From a virus (Duplodnaviria; Caudoviricetes), in IMG/VR virus record IMGVR_UViG_3300048599_000033, positions 1 to 31,283 of that record: a stretch of DNA of 31,283 bases; one strand, 5' to 3'. The notes below the pieces were generated by a model, which was not told the DNA's origin, did no database searches, and saw only the letters and a list, made by a program, of their open reading frames with translations. This document shows, one piece after another, positions 1-6,376 of this stretch (position 1 is its first letter; every line of letters begins with the position of its first letter). Both the position numbers and the translations under genes were made by a program.

Positions 1-2
1 GC

Positions 3-170
3 GACGACGACGTGTTTTTCCATTCCTCACCCAAGCCCGATGCCTGTGACCACGATTTCAAAGGATGGGTCGATCTTCGCGACGAAGAAGGCCGCGTCTG
101 CGGCGGGACGACTGTCTGCACGAAATGCGGCATGGACGCGATGAGCTACAGCCTGCGTGTAGGCGCATAA
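3..170 (+). CDS. Partial (5'-truncated) small Cys/His-rich hypothetical protein, possible Zn-ribbon
   Basis: Read by hand, not in the ORF track: DDDVFFHSSPKPDACDHDFKGWVDLRDEEGRVCGGTTVCTKCGMDAMSYSLRVGA*. TAA at 168-170, just before the next gene. Confidence 0.6.
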   Translation, partial: DDDVFFHSSPKPDACDHDFKGWVDLRDEEGRVCGGTTVCTKCGMDAMSYSLRVGA

Positions 171-179
171 GGAACGGTT

Positions 180-854
180 ATGCTCGTCAAAACCATAGGC
201 GCAGCGACGCTCTACCTTGGCGACTGCCGGGAGATATTGCCGACGCTCGGCAAGGTGGATGCCGTGGTGACTGACCAGCCCTATGGCATGAACTACAAGG
301 TCAACGCACGGCATCCTCGCAGTCGTGGTCTCGACAGCACAAAACTCTACGCGACCGAGAAACGGGCAGGCATCATCGGAGATGATCGCCCCTTCGAGCC
401 GGCACCGTTCCTGATCTTCCCGAAGATCGCCTTTTTCGGTGCAAACAAATGTGCGCATGCGCTGCCGCCAGGCGGTCGCTGGATCGTTTGGGACAAGCGC
501 CGCGACAGCAAGCCTGACGATCACTCCGACTGCGAACTAGTCTGGACCAATGTGCCCGGCGCGGACCGTATCCACCGCCAGAAGTGGCGGGGCATCGTGC
601 GAGAGGGCGAGGAAAACATAAGCCGCGCCCGCAAGTTGCACCCCAATCAGAAGCCGGTCGCGCTCATGACCTTCGTGCTCGAGCAGATCGGCGCAAAGCC
701 CGGCGACCTGATCCTCGATCCTTTTATGGGCTCGGCATCAACCGGGGTTGCTGCGCTGCGGATGGGCATGCGCTTCGTCGGCATCGAATTGGACCCGGAT
801 CACTTCGCAACGGCTGTACGCCGCCTGCAGGCTGAAATGGCGCAAGCAGCGTGA
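180..854 (+). CDS. DNA amino-methyltransferase (N6-adenine/N4-cytosine, beta-class motif order)
   Basis: LYLGDC start, catalytic VVTDQPYG (DPPY-like), WDK, HPNQKP and SAM-binding ILDPFMGSASTG...GIELD. AAGGA lies upstream. Confidence 0.9.
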   Translation: MLVKTIGAATLYLGDCREILPTLGKVDAVVTDQPYGMNYKVNARHPRSRGLDSTKLYATEKRAGIIGDDRPFEPAPFLIFPKIAFFGANKCAHALPPGGRWIVWDKRRDSKPDDHSDCELVWTNVPGADRIHRQKWRGIVREGEENISRARKLHPNQKPVALMTFVLEQIGAKPGDLILDPFMGSASTGVAALRMGMRFVGIELDPDHFATAVRRLQAEMAQAA

Positions 855-876
855 ACGCATAACAAGGGGATAGAGC

Positions 877-1065
877 ATGAAAAACCCAATTCCATACCCG
901 CTGCGCGCCACGCGCATTTCGCTCGACTTCAACCCGTTCGGCTTCTGGCTCTGGCCGTCATACGGCGACCGACGCGACATGACGGAGGCTGCCAAGGCGG
1001 ATGGGCAAACGATTTGGTGGATCAGGTGGCTGTGGTTCCAAATCAGTTACGGACGATGGAGATAG
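877..1065 (+). CDS. Small Trp-rich hypothetical protein
   Basis: 62 aa with SD-like AAGGGG upstream, tightly packed in the array. Confidence 0.65.
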   Translation: MKNPIPYPLRATRISLDFNPFGFWLWPSYGDRRDMTEAAKADGQTIWWIRWLWFQISYGRWR

Positions 1066-1068
1066 ACA

Positions 1069-1341
1069 ATGGCGGAACGTCTTGGCGATGCCCCCGTGCA
1101 GGCCGAATACCGCGATGCGATGAATGCAATCGCTCGCGGGCTCGATGCGACGTTCAACGGGGATGCAACCGGGCCCGACCGCAAGACCGGCTTTGTTCTG
1201 CTCGTTTTCCCGTTCGGGGATGCCGGCGCAGGACGGTGCAACTTCATCAGCAACGGCGCAGATCGGCGCGATGTCGTGACGCTGATGAAGGAAATGATCG
1301 CTCGTTTCGAGGGGCAGCCGGAAGTCAGCGGACGCGCTTAA
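1069..1341 (+). CDS. Hypothetical phage protein
   Basis: 90 aa with GGAG upstream. The GFVLLVFPFG...CNFISN pattern resembles small prophage proteins (from recall). Confidence 0.75.
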   Translation: MAERLGDAPVQAEYRDAMNAIARGLDATFNGDATGPDRKTGFVLLVFPFGDAGAGRCNFISNGADRRDVVTLMKEMIARFEGQPEVSGRA

Positions 1342-1357
1342 CAAGGGGTGAACAGCG

Positions 1358-1549
1358 GTGACTGATGAAACGCACCGCGCCTTTGTCGCCCATGTCCGCT
1401 CCCTTGAGGCGCGGTGCATTGCCGGTGACGAGGACGCGACGAAATCACTAGCCTGTATGGCGCTGCTGGCGGAAGGCTGGCGGCCCGGCGACGACGACCC
1501 GGATGGCGGCGAGATTATAAACCTAGCGCAATACCGGGCGGCGGCATGA
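1358..1549 (+). CDS. Hypothetical protein
   Basis: 63 aa, GTG start after AAGGGG, ATGA overlap with the next gene. Confidence 0.6.
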   Translation: MTDETHRAFVAHVRSLEARCIAGDEDATKSLACMALLAEGWRPGDDDPDGGEIINLAQYRAAA

Positions 1550-1743
1550 CTGGAGGAAAGACCATGAGACTTTCTGCTGACGAGTACACCGAAGCCCGCG
1601 CGCTGCTCGATGATTTGACGCGGCGGATCGAGATCGCCCCTGATGTGGCGAAGCCGATCTTCCGAGGCATCGCATGGCTGCACAGCGTCGTCGCCGAGCA
1701 TGAGGCCGAGCGGCAACGCATAATGGGGAATCAACCGTCGTGA
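1546..1743 (+). CDS. Hypothetical protein (start may be ATG 1564)
   Basis: GGAGG at 1552-1556 favours the ATG at 1564. Coupled to its neighbours. Confidence 0.6.
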   Translation: MTGGKTMRLSADEYTEARALLDDLTRRIEIAPDVAKPIFRGIAWLHSVVAEHEAERQRIMGNQPS

Positions 1744-1874
1744 CCGTCCAATTCTCCAGGGTCTTTGCCATGCCGAGCGCCGAGACGTGCTGCTGGATGT
1801 ATTGCGAACCGGCGGTCACGCCGATCTTAAATGACAAGGGGATAGATCATGGGATCGAAGAACGAGCCGGGTGA
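1740..1874 (+). pseudogene. 44-codon ORF, possible deletion remnant of a phage adenine-methylase-type gene fused to another gene's C-terminus
   Basis: GTG start overlaps the previous stop (GTGA) and follows a GGGGA SD. Reads MTVQFSRVFAMPSAETCCWMYCEPAVTPILNDKG...; the FSRxxAMPSxxT start resembles, from recall, the N-terminus of a phage DNA methylase family. Confidence 0.35.
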
Positions 1875-2112
1875 TTTTGATTGCTACGCGAACGCGCTGC
1901 CTGACGAACCGATGTTCGTCTTGCTTGCGCGCGATCCGTGGGCACCTGACCTTGTGGAAGATTGGGCAGTGCGGCGGATGCGGGACATCACGCTCGGTAT
2001 CCGTCCGAAGTCCGATCTACCGATGGTGGACGAAGCACAGCGGTGCGCCTCGAACATGCGAAAGTGGCGTGCGGCGAACGACGGCGCGTGGCGCAAAACG
2101 CCGACTGCATAA
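1849..2112 (+). CDS. Conserved small phage protein (DEPMFVLLARD family)
   Basis: 87 aa with AAGGGG SD. The DCY...PDEPMFVLLARD..AP..V..WA pattern is familiar from phage hypotheticals. Confidence 0.8.
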   Translation: MGSKNEPGDFDCYANALPDEPMFVLLARDPWAPDLVEDWAVRRMRDITLGIRPKSDLPMVDEAQRCASNMRKWRAANDGAWRKTPTA

Positions 2113-2125
2113 TGGGGAAAGAACC

Positions 2126-2773
2126 GTGCGCGTTCTGATCGGTTGCGAGACAAGCGGTGTGGTGCGGCGGGCCTTCGCGGCGCGCGGGCACGACGCCTGG
2201 TCGTGCGACCTTCTCCCGAGCGAGGATCGCAGCAACAAGCACCTGATCTGCGACGTGCGCGACCTGCTCAACGATGACTGGGATTTGCTCGCACTGTTCC
2301 ACCCGCCCTGCACCCGCCTGTGCAACAGCGGCGTGCGCTGGCTGTCCGTGCCGCCGCCGGGCCGAACGCGGGACGACATGTGGCGCGAGCTGGACGAAGG
2401 CGCGGCGCTGTTCTCGGCCTGCTGGAATGCGCCGATCGAGCGCGTGGCGGTCGAGAACCCCGTGATGCACCGGCACGCGAAGGAGCGCATCGCAAACTAC
2501 CGGCCGGCCGTCCAGACCGTGCAGCCGTGGTGGTTCGGCGACCCCTTCTTCAAGGCGACGGGGCTCTATCTGCGCGGGCTCATGCCGCTGCGCGCCACGA
2601 ACCGGCTGACGCCGCCGGCCAAGGGCACGGCAGAACACAAAGCCTGGTCCGCGGTGCATCGCGCATCGCCGGGCCCGGACAGATGGAAGGATCGAAGCCG
2701 CACCTTCCCCGGCATTGCGGACGCGATGGCGGATCAGTGGGGCGGGTACGCGGTCGAAAGCGCCGCAGCGTGA
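2126..2773 (+). CDS. Phage-type DNA cytosine (C5) methyltransferase-like protein
   Basis: GTG at 2126 after GGGGA. Motifs VLIGCETSG (variant motif I), SCDLL, catalytic HPPCT, ENP, KATGL and RSRTFPGIADAMADQWG. Confidence 0.8.
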   Translation: MRVLIGCETSGVVRRAFAARGHDAWSCDLLPSEDRSNKHLICDVRDLLNDDWDLLALFHPPCTRLCNSGVRWLSVPPPGRTRDDMWRELDEGAALFSACWNAPIERVAVENPVMHRHAKERIANYRPAVQTVQPWWFGDPFFKATGLYLRGLMPLRATNRLTPPAKGTAEHKAWSAVHRASPGPDRWKDRSRTFPGIADAMADQWGGYAVESAAA

Positions 2774-2795
2774 ACGTGTAACAGGACGAAATGCA

Positions 2796-3248
2796 ATGAC
2801 ATTCAGCCTCGAAGACTTCGTGCGCGAGAGCAACAGGATCGAAGGCATCCTGCGCGACCCGACAGGCGCAGAGATCGACGCGCACGCGGCGTTTCTCTAT
2901 CTTCCGCGCCCAAAGGTCTCTGACCTTGAGGGGTTTGTCAGCGTTGTCGCCCCCGGCCACCGTCTGCGCGACCAGCATGGCCTCAATGTCAGAGTCGGCA
3001 ACCACATCGCCCCTGCCGGCGGGCCAGAGGTCAGACAGGCGCTCGGCATACTTCTTGAGCGCGCATCCCGGCCCGACGACCCGTGGCAGATTCATATCGA
3101 ATACGAAACGCTGCACCCATTCACGGACGGGAATGGTCGGTCCGGCCGCGCGCTCTGGCTCTGGCAGATGCAGGCCGCTCCAATCGGGTTCCTGCATCAG
3201 TTTTACTATCAAACCCTAGAGCGCGTCGATCGCTCGCATAATCAGTAG
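2796..3248 (+). CDS. Fic-domain protein (putative AMP transferase), class II
   Basis: Canonical HPFTDGNGRSGR motif and N-terminal SNRIEG matching the inhibitory (S/T)xxxE(G/N) motif. AGGA precedes the ATG at 2796. Confidence 0.9.
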   Translation: MTFSLEDFVRESNRIEGILRDPTGAEIDAHAAFLYLPRPKVSDLEGFVSVVAPGHRLRDQHGLNVRVGNHIAPAGGPEVRQALGILLERASRPDDPWQIHIEYETLHPFTDGNGRSGRALWLWQMQAAPIGFLHQFYYQTLERVDRSHNQ

Positions 3249-3258
3249 AGAAACAACG

Positions 3259-3402
3259 ATGCTCGACTGGATTGGATGGATGCTGCTGGTGCACGGGCCG
3301 TTCCGCCTGACGGGGAATCCTTACTCAAAATTCGGCGCATGGTGCCTTCGGAGAGCTGGCAACTACGCATACAAGGACCGCACAACAGCGAGAGAGGAAT
3401 AG
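3259..3402 (+). CDS. Small hypothetical protein (47 aa)
   Basis: Read by hand: MLDWIGWMLLVHGPFRLTGNPYSKFGAWCLRRAGNYAYKDRTTAREE*. It fills the gap between flanking genes. Confidence 0.5.
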   Translation: MLDWIGWMLLVHGPFRLTGNPYSKFGAWCLRRAGNYAYKDRTTAREE

Positions 3403-3403
3403 G

Positions 3404-3850
3404 ATGGATCGCAGAACCGTACTGAAGGGCGCATCTGCCTCAGCGGCGCTGATCGTTTGCGAAACCGTCGCCCCGGCCGCAGCCAAGGTAATCGTGCCAA
3501 CCATGTCGTGCGGCTGCCCGCGCATTCATGAGATTCACTACGGGCACACTTGCACTGTTCACGATGAGGCCGGCAAGCGATGGGACAGTTACACAATTGA
3601 CGAGATCGCCGCCGCTGGCCGTTCTGACGTAGAGTTTCAGACGGCGGGCACCGATTGGTCCTGCTACTGCGATCGTTGCGACAAGTTCACCGACAACATG
3701 CCGCCGCCTGGCACCAAAATGATCTGGCGCAAGACAAGCTACGAATACGACGAATGGGAGTGCCTGTGCGAACACGCAGAGCGTGAGCAATGGCTGCATG
3801 ACGTGACAACAGATTGGATCGCTATGGCGAAAGAATCTGGGTGCGCCTAA
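3404..3850 (+). CDS. Cys/His-rich protein with twin-arginine (Tat)-like signal peptide
   Basis: MDRRTVLKGASASAALIV...PAAA N-terminus, 10 Cys (CGC, CYCDRC, CLCEH), GAGGA SD. Confidence 0.7.
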   Translation: MDRRTVLKGASASAALIVCETVAPAAAKVIVPTMSCGCPRIHEIHYGHTCTVHDEAGKRWDSYTIDEIAAAGRSDVEFQTAGTDWSCYCDRCDKFTDNMPPPGTKMIWRKTSYEYDEWECLCEHAEREQWLHDVTTDWIAMAKESGCA

Positions 3851-3872
3851 TTCTCAATGACAGGAGGCCGGG

Positions 3873-4190
3873 ATGGCCGAACTGACCGAGCGCGAAGGGT
3901 GGCCGGCGCCATGCGGCAAGAAGTTTTGTCCGCGCCACAAAGGTGACGCGCTTTGCCATGCCTGCGCGCTGGATGCCCTCTCCTCCCGCGACAAGGAGAT
4001 AGAGAGGCTGCGGGCGGCGCTGAAGCCGTTCAGGGATGAAGTCGATATGCTTGCTCTGCACGGGAAGCCGCCGCCGGCAGCACGGATGCTGATGTACGCT
4101 TCGGAAGGTGGGGGCACATTTCTTGGGATCGGCGTCTCGGCACTTTACGATGCGCCCGCCGCTTATGAGCAGCGACCACAAAATGACTGA
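3873..4190 (+). CDS. Hypothetical protein with Zn-finger-like N-terminus and short coiled coil
   Basis: AGGAGG SD, CGKKFCPRH...CHAC followed by KEIERLRAALKPF. Confidence 0.7.
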   Translation: MAELTEREGWPAPCGKKFCPRHKGDALCHACALDALSSRDKEIERLRAALKPFRDEVDMLALHGKPPPAARMLMYASEGGGTFLGIGVSALYDAPAAYEQRPQND

Positions 4191-4260
4191 CGATTTTGCT
4201 CCAAGAAAGGGGCGGCTCGTCGTCTTTCGTCCACTTCATGATGGTTGAGTGGAAGCCGTG

Positions 4261-4497
4261 ATGGCGAGTATCCCTGCGACGTGGCGCACCCGTTGGTGCG
4301 GAGGCGAGCGCGGGCCGTGCGCTTGCATGGGATGTGTTCAGATCGGGAACCGGCTCATCATGGCCGGTCTCACGGCAAACCAGATCGATCCCGAATATAT
4401 CAATGAGTCAAAGATCGCACCCGACGTTTACAAGAAATACAAGGTGACAAAACCGGAATGGGACGCGTGGATGAAACGGCAAAATCCAACGTCATGA
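4261..4497 (+). CDS. Small Cys-rich hypothetical protein (alternative GTG start 4249)
   Basis: RWCGGERGPCACMGC motif. The N-terminus may be truncated. Confidence 0.6.
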   Translation: MASIPATWRTRWCGGERGPCACMGCVQIGNRLIMAGLTANQIDPEYINESKIAPDVYKKYKVTKPEWDAWMKRQNPTS

Positions 4498-4528
4498 TAA
4501 GCGACGATGAGCAGAAAGGGGATCAGGG

Positions 4529-4750
4529 ATGAGCGGCGAACAGGAGTTCTATGCCAAGCACCGAGGCGGTTCCGGCCCGGTCGTCGTCGTGACAGCGGTT
4601 GACATCTGGGGGAACGAACGCCAAGGCATTTTCAGTTCGCTTGAAAGGGCCAAGGCTTGGCGTGAGACTTTGGGCAGCGACTTCACCTGCATCTACGCGC
4701 CGTATGTAGTGGACGCCCCGGAGTGGGGCAATGAGGCTCAGCAGCATTGA
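4529..4750 (+). CDS. Hypothetical protein
   Basis: 73 aa with AAGGGGA SD. GIFSSLERAKAW resembles a common small phage beta-alpha domain. Confidence 0.7.
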   Translation: MSGEQEFYAKHRGGSGPVVVVTAVDIWGNERQGIFSSLERAKAWRETLGSDFTCIYAPYVVDAPEWGNEAQQH

Positions 4751-4765
4751 TAAGCGATTAACGAA

Positions 4766-4984
4766 ATGCTCGCACGAAACGACCTGTCAGACTACCTGCT
4801 CGACCACTATGGGACGTGCGCCCGTGAGGAAGACTGCTACTTGGGCAAGAACGCCGCCGGTCAATATGACGGATGCTTGCGGACGGGATGGAAGGGGCGG
4901 GCGTGCCCACACTGGAAGCCGCTGGGGGCTCACACACTAGAGGAACTTCGTGAGAAGCAGGGACGAGGTTCTGGCGAGGCGTGA
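4766..4984 (+). CDS. Small Cys-rich hypothetical protein
   Basis: 72 aa, C-x4-C...C-x8-CPHW. Last clear gene of the + arm. Confidence 0.6.
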   Translation: MLARNDLSDYLLDHYGTCAREEDCYLGKNAAGQYDGCLRTGWKGRACPHWKPLGAHTLEELREKQGRGSGEA

Positions 4985-5150
4985 GGAACAGCGGCGGCTT
5001 GCGCTGGAGCACCGAGCCGCGAAGCGCTACGTCGAGGCGGCTGCGTGTGCCCTAATGGTGTCAGCCCTATCGTGGGTGCTGGGTAAGACGGGCGAACCGA
5101 CGCACCGCGTAAAACTGGACCGCTAATAGCCCAACATCACCCCCGACATG

Positions 5151-5183
5151 AAAAAGGCCCGCCCGGTGTGAGCCGGACGGGCC
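5151..5183 (-). terminator. Intrinsic terminator of the late (- strand) operon
   Basis: - strand GGCCCGTCCGG-CTCACA-CCGGGCGGGCC-TTTTT: an 11-bp stem (one G-U) and U-tract, 27 nt after the last late gene. Confidence 0.85.
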
Positions 5184-5210
5184 AGATGATACGCCACGCG
5201 GGAGGACGGA

Positions 5211-5642
5211 CTACTGACGCGACATCTGACCGCGCATGAAATCGAACTCGCTGCGCTGGCGAAGCACGAAATCCCATAGCCGCCGATCGCGTTCGATCAG
5301 ATCGCGCTCCGTAACCGTCGCCTCGCCGCGCAGCCGCAAAGCATCTTCACGCAAGCGATGCACGTCTTCCTTCACAGGGCCAAGGCTCATGGTGCCGAGC
5401 CCACCGATGATGGCAAGAACCAGCATCATGAACCCAATGGCCGGGGCGATGATCCATCGGCGGTCGTCCCGGTTATCCAGCTTCGCGTTGATCCGCTCGA
5501 AGGACGCAACAAAGTCCTGCCGCAGATTGGCGAGTCCGGCATCGAGACGTTGCCCGATGTTCTGCACATCGGATTCGAGACCAAGCACTTTCTGATTGAG
5601 CGCGGCGATATTCGTGCCGCGGCCGTTCGAATCTTCGCTCAC
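5211..5642 (-). CDS. Single-TM coiled-coil protein, lysis-module associated
   Basis: Heptad-rich N-terminus, TM segment WIIAPAIGFMMLVLAIIGGLG and a coiled C-terminus. Lies after the holin. Confidence 0.7.
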   Translation of the reverse strand: MSEDSNGRGTNIAALNQKVLGLESDVQNIGQRLDAGLANLRQDFVASFERINAKLDNRDDRRWIIAPAIGFMMLVLAIIGGLGTMSLGPVKEDVHRLREDALRLRGEATVTERDLIERDRRLWDFVLRQRSEFDFMRGQMSRQ

Positions 5643-5645
5643 CGC

Positions 5646-6260
5646 TCACTTCCCCTTTTTCTTGCCGAGCGCGGCCTTCACCGTGTCCGTCAACGTCGGG
5701 GCCGCCTCGCCGGTTGCCGCGGTGATCTTCTGGCGCGTCGTGTCCTGTGCGACGTAGCCGAGGACGCCGGCAATAATGGCAACGTAGGGGATGAGCGAGA
5801 CGAGTCCCGCGATCACCGCGTTCATCACCGTGATATTCCCGCTCGCCATGTGCCATGTGATGATCGGGAGCGGGACGACGGCCCACCCGAGAAACCCGTA
5901 CCCGACCATGTGCCGCCAATGATACCACGACACCTGCCCGAGTTCGGCGCGCATGGTCTGGTTGATCGCGCGGGATTGATTGGTGCGATCCTCCGCTTCG
6001 GCCTTCGCCATTTCGGCGAGCGCCGACCATTTGGCGGCGGCTTCGGATTCCGCGGCGGCCAGCTTGGCTTGCAGTTCGGCCGGCGGCGTGTTCTCGATCG
6101 CCGCGTTAACCGCTTCCGGCGTTGCCTCGACGCCGAGCGCATCCGCAACGATATTGCCCAAGGCGCCGCCCAGCGTTTTGCCAAGCGGCCCCAGAATGGC
6201 CCCCCCGATCGCCGGGGCGCCCGCGCGGATCAGCGCGCCGCCGATTGATTTCCAGTCCAT
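5646..6260 (-). CDS. Putative holin (3TM/GTA-holin-like)
   Basis: ATG at 6260 (MDWKSIGG...), Gly-rich hydrophobic N-terminus, two C-terminal TM segments and a basic KKKGK tail. Downstream of the endolysin. Confidence 0.7.
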   Translation of the reverse strand: MDWKSIGGALIRAGAPAIGGAILGPLGKTLGGALGNIVADALGVEATPEAVNAAIENTPPAELQAKLAAAESEAAAKWSALAEMAKAEAEDRTNQSRAINQTMRAELGQVSWYHWRHMVGYGFLGWAVVPLPIITWHMASGNITVMNAVIAGLVSLIPYVAIIAGVLGYVAQDTTRQKITAATGEAAPTLTDTVKAALGKKKGK

Positions 6261-6261
6261 G

Positions 6262-6375
6262 TCAGTGGCTCCCGGTGATCTTCTTGAAGGCCCACTCGAA
6301 CAGGCCCGGGAGATAGGGCCGCGCGACTGCGCCGGCAGCGAACGCCACGACGGCAACGAGGATGGTGGTCAGCAT
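6262..6375 (-). CDS. 37-aa membrane peptide
   Basis: MLTTILVAVVAFAAGAVARPYLPGLFEWAFKKITGSH with GGAGG SD, between endolysin and holin. Confidence 0.6.
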   Translation of the reverse strand: MLTTILVAVVAFAAGAVARPYLPGLFEWAFKKITGSH

Positions 6376-6376
6376 G

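Noticed and set aside
302-309. A seventh GTGCGTTG copy (- strand) inside the amino-MTase gene
   Set aside because: It is antisense to the gene with no downstream - strand gene, and about one chance copy is expected.
1871-2125. N-terminal extension of the C5-MTase ORF in the track
   Set aside because: It overlaps the 1849-2112 gene, and the GTG at 2126 has an SD and begins at motif I.
4183-4248. 21-codon ORF MTDDFAPRKGRLVVFRPLHDG after a junction
   Set aside because: Too short to support. It could be a fragment of a disrupted N-terminus of the 4261 gene, but this cannot be shown from the sequence.
165-4768. Bona fide integron attC sites or a CRISPR array
   Set aside because: The junctions are only 10-30 nt, with no R''-L''-L'-R' hairpins, no integrase in the window and no regular repeat-spacer period.
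4981-5150. Possible ncRNA or tRNA in the gap between the converging arms
   Set aside because: No cloverleaf or convincing structure apart from the terminator.
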